Of a DNA stretch of 38,888 nt, positions 1 to 10,105 are shown piece by piece. Position 1 is the first letter of the stretch. Every line of letters begins with the position of its first letter. Position numbers and translations under genes: made by a program. This DNA comes from Bacteroidota bacterium (lineage in GTDB: Bacteria > Bacteroidota > Bacteroidia > AKYH767-A > OLB10), in NCBI GenBank assembly GCA_040007375.1, contig JBDTVD010000002.1:1-38888 (forward strand). Reading direction: 5' to 3'. The notes below the pieces were generated by a model. The model worked only from the letters and a program-made list of their open reading frames with translations. It was not told the origin of the DNA and ran no database searches.

Positions 1-1172
1 GGACCTGCACAAGCAGTTGTTGTTAACGAAATGGCCGCAAGATTACTATAAACAGGGCCACCTGAACAAACCGTATTATTATAAGAATAGATTTTAAAAT
101 CATAAGTAGTAGAAGGAATCAACCCTGTAGATGTAAAAGAAGTTGAAGTACCATTAGCGATAACAGTACCGGCACCTAAAGCTGTTCCGATTGTATAGGA
201 TGTTCCGGTAGCTGGAGTAGTAACTGATCCACCTGAAGGATAACGAACAACTATATAACCGGTTGGGGGTGTCCCCGGGGCAGTGAATGATCCACTTACG
301 CTACTTGTTGTGAGAGCTCCCGCAACAGGTGATGTTGGATCACCAGGCGTTGTACAAGGAGGAGGAGGAGAAAATGTGAAAGTCTGACCTGAAGTAGCTA
401 AGTTAGTTGGACTGGTATTACAAACTGCAGCAACTGTTGCTCCGGTTATAGAAGTAGCCCATGTATGTGTTCCATTAGTAATTGTTCTAAGGTTAAAATC
501 AGCTGTTGTAGCACCCTTTAAACCAATTGATCCGGATTCGCCATTTGAATCAGCACATGTATTTGCACCTTGAGTAGTTGCACTTGCCCATGGCCCCATT
601 ACAACCTGAATGGTGTTAGAACCTTCGTTAAGTATTAATTGCACTGTATAGTCATCACCGCTGGTTGGACCACCGAAATGTCTAACATTTTTCCACTGAC
701 AAACTAACTGACGGTTAGGCGCTGAACCAATAGTCTGGTAACGTACCTCACCACTTGTTGTACTGAACGGAATAAAATCCGTCGCCCAGGCATTCAACTG
801 AAATGCGTTGGAACCCTGAGATCCACAATAGGTGTTTGTTTGAGATGCGGCTCCCATAATTATATATCCATTACAACTTATACCAAAAGTGGTATAGATT
901 GTACCCATATAATTAAAGTTGAAACCAATGCTTTGGGTTCCTAGAAACCCATCGTCCCAACCTGCACCAACTGCACCTAAAACAGTTCCTCCTGAAATCG
1001 GAGTAAAAGTTCCTGAGGAGAAGGCAAAGCTGTAACTCGAAGCTGGAAACTGCGCGGAGACCCGCTGCGTAGAAGTCAGACATAGTAGAAGTACCATGGC
1101 CAACAACGCTGTCATCCTCCGGAGCAATCGCAGACCGGGTGATGTACTTGTGAAGTTGTAGTTGTTTGTCAT
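1..1172 (-). CDS. Secreted cell-surface protein, N-terminal portion only (ORF continues past the left edge); signal peptide, Gly/Thr/Ser-rich region and an FN3-like module
   Basis: Absent from the supplied track because there is no stop inside the window. My minus-strand translation from ATG 1172-1170 (alternative ATG 1115-1113) is stop-free to base 1 (390 codons): MTNNYNFTSTSPGLRLLRRMTALLAMVLLLCLTSTQRVSAQFPASSYSF... The hydrophobic stretch ending VSAQ looks like a signal peptide. A later PPPPCTTPGDPTSP linker is followed by GYIVVRYPSGG...TTYDFKIYSYNN, a fibronectin-III-like pattern. Function cannot be assigned. Confidence 0.6.
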   Translation of the reverse strand, partial: MTNNYNFTSTSPGLRLLRRMTALLAMVLLLCLTSTQRVSAQFPASSYSFAFSSGTFTPISGGTVLGAVGAGWDDGFLGTQSIGFNFNYMGTIYTTFGISCNGYIIMGAASQTNTYCGSQGSNAFQLNAWATDFIPFSTTSGEVRYQTIGSAPNRQLVCQWKNVRHFGGPTSGDDYTVQLILNEGSNTIQVVMGPWASATTQGANTCADSNGESGSIGLKGATTADFNLRTITNGTHTWATSITGATVAAVCNTSPTNLATSGQTFTFSPPPPCTTPGDPTSPVAGALTTSSVSGSFTAPGTPPTGYIVVRYPSGGSVTTPATGTSYTIGTALGAGTVIANGTSTSFTSTGLIPSTTYDFKIYSYNNTVCSGGPVYSNLAAISLTTTACAG

Positions 1173-1562
1173 TGCTTTATATATAATTTGATTTATTTTT
1201 TTAATAAGGTAGGTGCAAAAAAAATTCCTGCTGCAATATATATGTTATATATATACTTCAGAGGAAAAACAGATTGATTGTAAGTACAATTTTATTCAAG
1301 TTTTTTTCTTTTAACTCTTAATTTGCACTAATTTCCTTTTCTTATTTTATTCCATTTTTCAGGCGATTATTTTTTCCCATTATTTTACAAATGGCTTAAA
1401 ACATTCTTTAACCTGCTTATCTGGATTTGAATCTGGGAGTACCAATTTCGTAGGGCAAGGTAAGATGAAAAGCTTTCACGTGCAAGTTTTTTTAGAAAAA
1501 AGCCAATTATTTTTTTTCAACACCGACTTTTGTTGGGTAAAAAATTAAAACCCAAAATAAAA

Positions 1563-1934
1563 ATGAGTTTAAAAGCAATTATGACACTACTATTACTTAC
1601 CGCTGCCAACATTTTCATGACTCTTGCCTGGTACGGTCACTTGAAAATCAAAGAGTTAGAGTGGGCCAAAAACTTCAACTGGCCTACCTTGATTTTCCTT
1701 AGCTGGTGTATTGCTTTCTTTGAGTATTGCCTGCAGGTTCCGGCAAACAGAATCGGGTTCCAGGAAAACGGAGGCCCCTTCTCATTGATACAGCTTAAAG
1801 TAATTCAGGAAGTAATAACGTTAATTGTCTTTGTGATTTTTTCACAGATTTTCTTCAAAAATGAAACTCTGCAATGGAATCATTACACAGCATTTCTGCT
1901 TTTGACAGGAGCTGTTTATCTGGTGTTTAAGTAA
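1563..1934 (+). CDS. Small DMT-superfamily (DUF486-like) integral membrane protein
   Basis: Track ORF 1530..1934. I moved the start to ATG 1563 (MSLKAIMTLLLLTAANIF...) because 1530 is a TTG inside a TAnnTTTG-like box (gacttttg, 1525-1532). The ~123 aa protein has four hydrophobic helices and LAWYGHLK / VPANRIG motifs, as in small DMT-family proteins. Confidence 0.6.
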   Translation: MSLKAIMTLLLLTAANIFMTLAWYGHLKIKELEWAKNFNWPTLIFLSWCIAFFEYCLQVPANRIGFQENGGPFSLIQLKVIQEVITLIVFVIFSQIFFKNETLQWNHYTAFLLLTGAVYLVFK

Positions 1935-2031
1935 CGTGCAATTATGATAAAAAAATAAAAAAATGAATTATAATTAATTTGAATGCAAATTGATAAATTT
2001 AAAAATTTTCAGAGGTAATTATATATATAAA

Positions 2032-2973
2032 TTATCTGGTAAATGAAAATCCGTTTGATGCTAACTCTTCAATTACTTTTGAAATTCCAGGTTCCAATTC
2101 TGTTGTATGTTTCCAGCCTAATGAATGAAGTTTTGAAACATCTAAAAGTTTACGCGGAGTTCCATCCGGTTTAGTGGAATCAAATTTAAGTTCACCATTA
2201 AATCCGATAATTTTCTTAACCAGCATTGCAAGATCTTTAATGGAAATGTCTACTCCGGTTCCGATATTAACGTGTTCCTGGCCATCGTAATTCTGCATCA
2301 GGTAATATGCTGCATCAGCAAGGTCGTCAACATATAAAAACTCCCTTTTAGGAGAACCGGTGCCCCATATTTCAACAACAGGCTTACTCTCTTCAACTGC
2401 TTCTCTGAATTTTCTTATAAAAGCTGGGAGAACATGAGAATTCTGTAAATCATAATTATCATTTGGTCCGTATAAATTTGTGGGCATAGCAGAAATAAAA
2501 TTACACCCATACTGCCTTTTATAAGATTCACACATTTTTAATCCTGCAATTTTAGCAATTGCGTACGGTTCGTTTGTTTGCTCCAGAAATCCGGTCAATA
2601 GATATTCTTCCTTAATAGGTTGAGGGCACATCTTCGGATAAATACATGACGAACCAAGAAATAATAATTTAGTTACCTTATTTAGATAACTCGCATGAAT
2701 AACATTATTCTGAATCTGCAGATTGTCGTACAGAAATTCCGCACGGTATATATTGTTCGCAACAATGCCTCCTACTTTTGCGGCTGCCAGAAAAACATAT
2801 TCTGGTTTTGCATCTTCAAAAAAATCAAAAACTTCCTGTTGATTTCTTAAATCAACTTCACTGGAAGTCCTGCTTATAATATTATCAAATCCTTCAGTTT
2901 TCAACTTTCTTACAATGGCTGATCCAACCATTCCTCGATGTCCTGCAACATAAACCTTACTGTTCTTATTCAT
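2032..2973 (-). CDS. fcl: GDP-L-fucose synthase (GDP-4-keto-6-deoxy-D-mannose 3,5-epimerase/4-reductase)
   Basis: 313 aa with Rossmann N-terminus [13 protein letters not shown] and a YxxxK catalytic motif (YAIAKIAG). Overall pattern resembles Fcl/WcaG. It lies directly downstream of gmd on the same strand. Confidence 0.9.
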   Translation of the reverse strand: MNKNSKVYVAGHRGMVGSAIVRKLKTEGFDNIISRTSSEVDLRNQQEVFDFFEDAKPEYVFLAAAKVGGIVANNIYRAEFLYDNLQIQNNVIHASYLNKVTKLLFLGSSCIYPKMCPQPIKEEYLLTGFLEQTNEPYAIAKIAGLKMCESYKRQYGCNFISAMPTNLYGPNDNYDLQNSHVLPAFIRKFREAVEESKPVVEIWGTGSPKREFLYVDDLADAAYYLMQNYDGQEHVNIGTGVDISIKDLAMLVKKIIGFNGELKFDSTKPDGTPRKLLDVSKLHSLGWKHTTELEPGISKVIEELASNGFSFTR

Positions 2974-2984
2974 AATATAATAAA

Positions 2985-4103
2985 TCAGCTTTCATGATAA
3001 TTAATAATTGTATGACCACCTTCTTTAAGATATTTATCCCTTTTGAAAAGATCAATATCAGAAGCCACCATTTCTTTTACAATAGCAGCAAGATCATATT
3101 TCGGTTTCCAACCCAGCTTTTCATTTGCTTTGGCAGGATCTCCAATAAGAAGTTCTACTTCTGCAGGACGGTAATATTTTTTATCGATGGAAAGCACTTC
3201 CTGTCCGACAGGCAACTGGTACTCCGGATTTGAACACGATTTTACAACAGCCTTTTCATTTTCTTCTTTTCCTGAAAATTCCAGTTCTATTCCTGCTTCG
3301 CGGAAAGCCATAATTATAAAATCACGAACAGATGTTGTCACTCCTGTCGCCACAACAAAATCTTCCGGAACGTCCTGTTGTAACATCAGGTACATGGCCT
3401 CCACATAATCCTTGGCATGTCCCCAATCACGTTTTGCATCAATGTTTCCCATAAAAACTTTATCCTGGAGTTTAAGTGCAATCCTTGCAACAGCTCTTGT
3501 AATTTTCCGGGTAACAAATGTTTCTCCTCTCAAAGGAGATTCATGATTAAATAAAATTCCGTTTACTGCATACATATTATATGACTCCCGGTAATTGATC
3601 ATAATCCAGTAAGCATAAAGTTTAGCCACAGCATATGGTGAGCGTGGGTAAAAAGGTGTGGTTTCCCGCTGAGGAATTTCCTGCACAAGACCATATAATT
3701 CAGAAGTAGAAGCCTGGTATATTCTGCACTTCTCAGTCAGATTCAACATACGCACAGCTTCCAGTATCCTCAATGCACCAATCCCATCAGCATTAGCTGT
3801 GTATTCAGGAGAGTTGAAACTAACATGTACATGCGACATGGCACCAAGATTATATATCTCATCCGGTTGAACTTCATTAATAATGCGGATGATATTAACA
3901 GAGTCAGTCAGATCTCCATAATGAAGTTTGAAACGGACATCCTTCTCATGCATATCACTATAAAGGTGATCAACACGCTGAGTATTAAATAAAGAACTTC
4001 TCCTTTTAATACCATGCACCATATAACCTTTGCTTAGAAGCAGTTCAGCGAGATAGGCTCCATCCTGCCCGGTTATACCGGTTATTAAAGCTGTTTTCAT
4101 CAT
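2985..4103 (-). CDS. gmd: GDP-mannose 4,6-dehydratase
   Basis: 372 aa with [26 protein letters not shown] and [10 protein letters not shown], the canonical Gmd signature blocks. Paired with fcl. Confidence 0.95.
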   Translation of the reverse strand: MMKTALITGITGQDGAYLAELLLSKGYMVHGIKRRSSLFNTQRVDHLYSDMHEKDVRFKLHYGDLTDSVNIIRIINEVQPDEIYNLGAMSHVHVSFNSPEYTANADGIGALRILEAVRMLNLTEKCRIYQASTSELYGLVQEIPQRETTPFYPRSPYAVAKLYAYWIMINYRESYNMYAVNGILFNHESPLRGETFVTRKITRAVARIALKLQDKVFMGNIDAKRDWGHAKDYVEAMYLMLQQDVPEDFVVATGVTTSVRDFIIMAFREAGIELEFSGKEENEKAVVKSCSNPEYQLPVGQEVLSIDKKYYRPAEVELLIGDPAKANEKLGWKPKYDLAAIVKEMVASDIDLFKRDKYLKEGGHTIINYHES

Positions 4104-4220
4104 AATTAATTTAAATAGTTAGAAGGGATAATGACTTACAACGATTATACATCATCCTGAGTTTCATTTGAAAATACTAAATCAGCCGGCCAGTAACTTT
4201 TAAAAACCATTATTTACCCG

Positions 4221-4247
4221 GATTATAAATTTATTTGATCAGTGAAG
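4221..4247. repeat. Degenerate third copy of the 3' half of the 46-nt repeat, in the gmd/wzc divergent intergenic region
   Basis: gattataaatttatttgatcagtgaag versus gattataaatt-atttc-tcagcgaac at 35263-35287. There is an 11-nt exact core, with the attt, tcag and gaa blocks in the same order and orientation. Confidence 0.45.
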
Positions 4248-4456
4248 AAGCAATTCAACAGGTAAAATTACATTAATTGAAATTTCAAAATCTACAGATC
4301 TGTACAAACTATTAACAGTTCAATGCCTCATAAATTCTTTAATTGTCGTTTATGCAGTTGTTTACTTTTACGGGCTGAATTGACTTAACGGAATACACAA
4401 CAAAATGTTTGTACTAGCGTAAAAGGCAATCCACAGTATACTCACAATATTTCAGC

Positions 4457-6763
4457 ATGGAGCAAAAACTTATTTCCGGCAGCAACCTCATAGATCAGAA
4501 AGATCTCAGGAAAACATTTGTTACCGTTGGGAAAAACTGGTACTGGTTTGTAATTTTTCTGATTCTGGGAACAGGTGCGGCAATTACTTATCTTTATAAA
4601 GCAACCAATTACTATGGTGCTACCTGCGAAATACTGGTAAAGCCACCAAAGGATCCTTTTAAAGATGCACTATCTGAAGCATTGCCGACTCCTCCCAAGA
4701 AAGAAGATATCGCCAATGAAACTAAAATTCTCAAATCTACCCGAATGATTGAGGAGACTGTAATTAAGCTCAATCTCGATATTTCCTATTTTATCAAAGG
4801 GCGTTTGAAAACCGGTGAAGTATATAAACAGGTTCCGTTTTCTGTGGATGGTAAAGTATCTGACAGATCTTTATATAATGTGCCCTTCAGTATTAATATT
4901 CTTGATAAGGACCGTTATAAAATTGAAGTGATGATTGATGAAAAACCATATTCAAAAGTAGCACGCTTCGGTAATCCAGTTGTTCATGATAAGTTTTCAT
5001 TTATACTTTCCAGTGATTCCGGTGTTATCGAAAGAAACCCAAGAATTGCTGAAGTAAATTATTCTTTTGTGTTTAATGAAAGACAGGCTCTTGTTAAAAA
5101 ATATCAGAAAGCACTTATTGTAGAAAAAGCAGATGCAGCTTCAGTAATTGTAGCATCCATTGAAGATGAAGTTCCTGAAAAAGCAGTTGACTTCCTTAAC
5201 ACTCTTACATCTTTATATATAGAAAACAGTGTTGCAGTTAATGTTAAAGTAAATGAAAATACACTTGAGTTTATTCAAGGACAATTACGCGAAGTAGAAG
5301 GGCAACTGAATAATGTGGAAGGAAACCTGGAACAATATCAGAAGGAAAAAACCACTATTAATATTGGTGAAGAAGGAAATATGCTTTTTCAGCGTGCTAT
5401 GGATTTCGACTCAGAAAAAGCACGACTCAGTATTCAACTGCGTTCCATCGATCAGATGTATGAATATCTTACTGCAAGTTCTGCTGATAATATAGCTATC
5501 TCTCCGGCCATAATTACCGAAAGTCAGGATAATGCACTGGCGAATTCTTTCAATGAGCTTACTGCATTGCAGCAAAAAAGAGCGAATCTTCTTTACAGTA
5601 ATACACCAAGCAGTCCTCAGGTGCGCGAGGCAGACGGACAAATTGCATTGCTTAAAGCAAACATGCAGGCCATAGTACTTAACCTCCGGAAAAATCTGGT
5701 AAATAAGATAAACAGTCTCAGTTCACAGGTGGGAGAATACCAGGCTGTTTTGCGAACCATGCCGACTACACAACGTGGATTGGTAAACATTAACCGCAAC
5801 GTGGAAATATATAGTCAGATATATAAATTTCTTTTGGAAACACGTGCACAAACGATTATTGCAAAAGCTGGAATTGTTGCTGATAAATCAATTATTGAAC
5901 CTGCATATACAACTGGTCTCATCAGGCCATTGATGGCTAAAACACTTTTTACCGGAATAGGTGGAGGTATTGCACTTGCACTGATGGTAATATTTATGAA
6001 GGGTGTATTTATGAATTACATCCAGACGAAAGATGATCTGAAAGACATTACTAATTTACCAATCATCGGTGTAGTTGGAAAAAATAAAGAAGCTGATGAA
6101 GGATATCTTGTAGTAGATAAATTCCCACAATCACAAACGAGTGAAGCCTTCCGGGTTATTCGAACCAACCTGGCCTATTTTGCGCCAAAGGTTCAGAGTA
6201 AAGTGATACTGATTACTTCTTCTGTTGCCGGTGAAGGGAAAACCTTTTGCGCAGTAAATACCGCTTCCATTTTAGCAAAAGCAAAAAAGAAAGTTGTACT
6301 CATTGATCTTGATCTGCATAAACCCAAACAGGCAAATGCTTTTAATCTTACTAATGATGTTGGTGTTACATCTTATATCGTTGGTAAATCAACGCTGAAT
6401 GAAATTATAAAAGATACTTCAGTGGAAAATCTTCAGGTAATTTTAACAGGACCACGTACACCCAATGCATCAGAATTAATTCTTGATCCGATGATGGAGC
6501 AGCTTATTAAAGAGCTGAAGAATATATATGAATATATAATTATCGATACTCCGCCTGTAGGATTACTTTCAGATGCATTGGTAATTATGAAATACGCTGA
6601 CCTCAGTATGTATGTACTGAAAGCAGGTTACTCTAAGAAAGATTTCGTTGATATCGCTCATCAGATTGTTGAGAAGAATGAAGTGAAACATCTGACCTTT
6701 ATATTAAACAGTGTAAACAATAAAAATATCCCTGCCGGTTATGGCGGAGGATATTATGCATAA
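4457..6763 (+). CDS. wzc: Polysaccharide co-polymerase / tyrosine autokinase (Wzc/EpsG-like: Wzz chain-length domain fused to a CpsD/CapB-type ATPase)
   Basis: 768 aa with two TM segments (WYWFVIFLILGTGAAITYLY and LFTGIGGGIALALMVIFM) flanking a long coiled-coil-like periplasmic region. The C-terminal P-loop domain has SSVAGEGKTF and IIIDTPP. There is a short C-terminal Tyr cluster, GYGGGYYA. Confidence 0.85.
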   Translation: MEQKLISGSNLIDQKDLRKTFVTVGKNWYWFVIFLILGTGAAITYLYKATNYYGATCEILVKPPKDPFKDALSEALPTPPKKEDIANETKILKSTRMIEETVIKLNLDISYFIKGRLKTGEVYKQVPFSVDGKVSDRSLYNVPFSINILDKDRYKIEVMIDEKPYSKVARFGNPVVHDKFSFILSSDSGVIERNPRIAEVNYSFVFNERQALVKKYQKALIVEKADAASVIVASIEDEVPEKAVDFLNTLTSLYIENSVAVNVKVNENTLEFIQGQLREVEGQLNNVEGNLEQYQKEKTTINIGEEGNMLFQRAMDFDSEKARLSIQLRSIDQMYEYLTASSADNIAISPAIITESQDNALANSFNELTALQQKRANLLYSNTPSSPQVREADGQIALLKANMQAIVLNLRKNLVNKINSLSSQVGEYQAVLRTMPTTQRGLVNINRNVEIYSQIYKFLLETRAQTIIAKAGIVADKSIIEPAYTTGLIRPLMAKTLFTGIGGGIALALMVIFMKGVFMNYIQTKDDLKDITNLPIIGVVGKNKEADEGYLVVDKFPQSQTSEAFRVIRTNLAYFAPKVQSKVILITSSVAGEGKTFCAVNTASILAKAKKKVVLIDLDLHKPKQANAFNLTNDVGVTSYIVGKSTLNEIIKDTSVENLQVILTGPRTPNASELILDPMMEQLIKELKNIYEYIIIDTPPVGLLSDALVIMKYADLSMYVLKAGYSKKDFVDIAHQIVEKNEVKHLTFILNSVNNKNIPAGYGGGYYA

Positions 6764-6765
6764 TA

Positions 6766-8583
6766 ATGATTGAATTTAAAACAGCCGGTACGAACACCGA
6801 TCAGGATGCGATAGACAGGAGCGGCGCTTTACCTAAAGCAATTAAAAGTCTGGCATTACATCTCAGTGCTGCACAGAAAAAGCGCATGGGAGTGCAGATG
6901 TTATTGATTTTCGTTTCTGCTGTTCTGGATGTGTTCGGACTTGCTTCTATTCTTCCTATTGTACGTCTTGCGGGTGAGCCTGCTGTAATACACAGGCAAC
7001 CTGTATTAGAGTGGATTTATGTGAATCTGCATTTTGCAAGCGAAAAAAGTTTTCTTCTTTTTCTGATGATAGGTGTATTGGTGTTTTTTGTTCTGAAAAG
7101 TGCTTTCGGAATATTTGTAAACTGGTTGCAGGTGCGTTTTGCCGGAGGTGTTGCTATATATATTACGCAGCAGCAGTTTAAAAAGTATTTCAACCTGGAG
7201 TTCCACACTTTTACTTCTTTAAAAAGCAGTGTTGTAACGCATCATATAATTAATAACCCTGTTAGTTATGTAACATGGGTTGTTTTACCATTGATGTTGA
7301 TTATGTCGGAAGCAATTATTATTTTACTGATTGTTTGTGGTATTGCTTATTATGATTTTAAACTTTTTATTTTTATCATCTGCCTCATCGGTCCTGCTTC
7401 ATATATAATTTTTGCATTACTTAAAAACAGAAGCACACGCATTGGCCGTGAAATGAACCGGATATTTCCACTGGCATTAGGTACTTTATCTCAAACAATC
7501 AGTGGTTATATAGATATTGTTCTTGCCGATAAAACTACTTTTTACGAAAAAAGATTTCTTCGTCAGCAGGGTCATTATCAAAGACTAAGTATGATGGCTT
7601 ATCTGCAGAATCTGATTCCTATCCGCGCAAATGAACTCGTTGCATTATCTGGAATGGTGCTTATCTTTATATATGCCATTTTCCTTACTGATAATCAGCA
7701 ATCGGCACTGGTAATGGTAAGTTTGTTTGCGGCTGCGGCATATCGTTTAATGCCTTCCATCAACCGAATATTAAGTTCTCTGGTTTACATAAGAAAGAAT
7801 ATGGCGGCAATAGAAAATCTTTCTATGTACCGTGATGAACCGGGTTTAAAAAAGACAAAAATTCCGCAGGAAGAAATTACTTTTAATTCAAGCATTGAAC
7901 TCAGTAATCTCTATTACAGATTTCCGGGTAAAGAAAAATATGTGTTGAATGATATTGAGATCACTATAAGGAAAGGGGAGAAAATAGGTATTGTTGGCAG
8001 CTCCGGTTCCGGCAAAACCACACTTATGAATTTACTGCTGCGTTTTTATACGGAAGAAAAAGGTGGTATATATATCGACGGAAATAAAATCGGACCACAG
8101 CATCTTTCAGCATGGAGAAATAAAATCGGATATGTGAAGCAGGATATATTTCTTCTGGATGCATCCATACGTGAAAACATTGCTTTCGGTGAAGATTCAG
8201 CAGATGAAGCACGACTTCAGAATGCAGTTAAACAGGCATCACTGGAACAGTTAATTCAGTCTCTTCCGGAAGGACTGGAAACTCAAATTGGTGAACGCGG
8301 TTCTTTACTTTCAGGTGGTCAACGTCAACGGATAAGTATTGCACGCTCACTTTACAGAAATGCTGAGGTGCTTATATTTGATGAAGCCACAAGTGCTCTT
8401 GATACACAAACTGAACAGGAAGTAACAGAGGCTATAGATTCACTTTCAGAAGTACATAAAACAATTTTTATCATTGCTCACCGCGTTACCACTCTTAAGA
8501 ATTGTGATCGGATTTATGAATTGAAAGACGGAAAGGTAGAAGGAGTTTATTCATACAATGAGTTGATAGAAAAGGTGATTTAA
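6766..8583 (+). CDS. ABC exporter, fused permease/ATPase half-transporter (MsbA/PglK-like)
   Basis: 605 aa. The N-terminal half is a multi-helix transmembrane domain. The NBD has Walker A GSSGSGKTT, signature LSGGQRQR, Walker B LIFDEATSALD and H-loop IIAHR. The start is 3 nt after the wzc stop. Confidence 0.9.
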   Translation: MIEFKTAGTNTDQDAIDRSGALPKAIKSLALHLSAAQKKRMGVQMLLIFVSAVLDVFGLASILPIVRLAGEPAVIHRQPVLEWIYVNLHFASEKSFLLFLMIGVLVFFVLKSAFGIFVNWLQVRFAGGVAIYITQQQFKKYFNLEFHTFTSLKSSVVTHHIINNPVSYVTWVVLPLMLIMSEAIIILLIVCGIAYYDFKLFIFIICLIGPASYIIFALLKNRSTRIGREMNRIFPLALGTLSQTISGYIDIVLADKTTFYEKRFLRQQGHYQRLSMMAYLQNLIPIRANELVALSGMVLIFIYAIFLTDNQQSALVMVSLFAAAAYRLMPSINRILSSLVYIRKNMAAIENLSMYRDEPGLKKTKIPQEEITFNSSIELSNLYYRFPGKEKYVLNDIEITIRKGEKIGIVGSSGSGKTTLMNLLLRFYTEEKGGIYIDGNKIGPQHLSAWRNKIGYVKQDIFLLDASIRENIAFGEDSADEARLQNAVKQASLEQLIQSLPEGLETQIGERGSLLSGGQRQRISIARSLYRNAEVLIFDEATSALDTQTEQEVTEAIDSLSEVHKTIFIIAHRVTTLKNCDRIYELKDGKVEGVYSYNELIEKVI

Positions 8584-8642
8584 CATTAGTTGAAACCAAA
8601 ATTCTGTATGCTTCGTACGGAATACAATATAAAAAGCACTAC

Positions 8643-10103
8643 ATGCTCTTCAATTCATTTGATTTCATTATTTTTTTTCCTGTTGTAACAATTCTTTTCT
8701 TTTTGTTACCACATAAGTTCAGATGGTCGCTGCTGCTTACTGCAAGCTGCGTCTTCTATATGTATTTTATTCCTGTATATATACTCATTCTCTTCTTTAC
8801 CATTATCATTGATTATATAGCAGGGATTTATCTGGAAGATGCAAAAGATCACCGAAGGAAAAAGTTTTATCTCGCATGGAGTCTTGTAGCGAATATCGGT
8901 GTTCTTGCTGTTTTCAAATATTATAATTTCTTCCTCGACAATTTCAACATGGCATCTCTTACTATGTTTGAACATTATCTGCCGTTTCGTTATCTCGCCA
9001 TTGCATTACCAATAGGATTATCATTCCACACATTTCAGGCGATGAGTTATACGTTTGAAGTATATTATGGCCGACAGAAAGCAGAGCGCCATTTTGGATT
9101 GTATGCACTTTATGTAATGTTTTATCCGCAGTTGGTTGCAGGTCCTATTGAAAGACCACAAAATATATTACACCAGTTTCATGAAAAACAATATTTCAAT
9201 TATGCACGTGTGCGTGATGGTTTATCAATGATGTTGTGGGGATTGTTTAAGAAGGTGGTGATTGCAGATAATCTTTCCAACTACGTAAATCTTGCTTATC
9301 ATAATCCTGATGAAAAAACAGCGATGACATTATTACTTGCATCGTACTTTTTTGCGATTCAGATTTACTGCGATTTTTCAGGCTATTCAGATATTGCTGT
9401 TGGTGCTGCAAAAGTGATGGGCTTTAACCTGATGGAAAATTTCCGCACGCCTTATGCATCTTCCAGTATCAGGGAATTCTGGGGCAGATGGCACATATCT
9501 CTTTCTTCCTGGTTCCGTGATTATTTATATATTCCTCTTGGTGGAAACAGAGTGGCAAAATGGCGCTGGATGTTCAACCTGTTTCTTGTATTTATGATAA
9601 GTGGAATCTGGCATGGTGCAAACTGGACGTATGTAATTTGGGGAGCACTTCATGGTTTATATCTTGTGTTCGGAATACTAAAAGATGAAGCCTGCAAAAA
9701 ATGGAATATCACTTTTACAGAAGAACGATCGAAGTTTATTAAAGGACTGAATATTCTCATCACCTTCCATCTTGCATTGTTCGCCTGGATTTTTTTCCGT
9801 GCAAATACTGTTACAGATGCGTTTACTATCATTGAAAAAATTACTACTCAGCTCCATATCGGCGACTTCTTCAAAAGTCTTGTATTTTTTGTTGGCAACC
9901 CAAACTATGTTGGAAAAATTGTATTCCACCTGTTGTTGATTACCTTCTTCGTTGCTATTGATCCATTCCTCGATCAGGTGGTAAAACAGAAAATACAAAT
10001 GAAATCTTCTGTAGCGAAATTAGTCGTGTATTCTGTCATTCTTGCTTCCGTTATTCTATTCGGTTATTTTGGTGAAGTGCAGTTTATTTATTTTCAATTC
10101 TGA
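8643..10103 (+). CDS. MBOAT-family membrane-bound O-acyltransferase (AlgI/DltB/PatA-like)
   Basis: 486 aa polytopic protein with conserved blocks FWGRWHISLSSWFRDYLYIPLGGNR and ISGIWHGANWTYVIWG, including the invariant His region of MBOAT enzymes. Confidence 0.85.
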   Translation: MLFNSFDFIIFFPVVTILFFLLPHKFRWSLLLTASCVFYMYFIPVYILILFFTIIIDYIAGIYLEDAKDHRRKKFYLAWSLVANIGVLAVFKYYNFFLDNFNMASLTMFEHYLPFRYLAIALPIGLSFHTFQAMSYTFEVYYGRQKAERHFGLYALYVMFYPQLVAGPIERPQNILHQFHEKQYFNYARVRDGLSMMLWGLFKKVVIADNLSNYVNLAYHNPDEKTAMTLLLASYFFAIQIYCDFSGYSDIAVGAAKVMGFNLMENFRTPYASSSIREFWGRWHISLSSWFRDYLYIPLGGNRVAKWRWMFNLFLVFMISGIWHGANWTYVIWGALHGLYLVFGILKDEACKKWNITFTEERSKFIKGLNILITFHLALFAWIFFRANTVTDAFTIIEKITTQLHIGDFFKSLVFFVGNPNYVGKIVFHLLLITFFVAIDPFLDQVVKQKIQMKSSVAKLVVYSVILASVILFGYFGEVQFIYFQF

Positions 10104-10105
10104 TT

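Noticed and set aside
1935-2031. Terminator hairpins between the convergent DMT and fcl genes (aatttg-aatg-caaatt at 1976-1991; palindrome aattataatt)
   Set aside because: The stems are only 6 bp and all A/T, so they are expected by chance in this AT-rich spacer.
2994-3408. Two plus-strand ORFs (79 and 73 aa) inside gmd
   Set aside because: They are antisense to a canonical GDP-mannose dehydratase gene and have no motifs.
4104-4456. ops/JUMPstart (GGCGGTAG) antitermination element, UpxY-type gene or small ORF in the long leader before wzc
   Set aside because: The motif is absent and no NusG-like ORF is present. The only ORFs are 21 codons or fewer with no supporting features. There is only a near-match promoter: TTG at 4380-4382 plus aatgtttg at 4404-4411, with one mismatch to TAnnTTTG. 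That is too weak to list as a feature.
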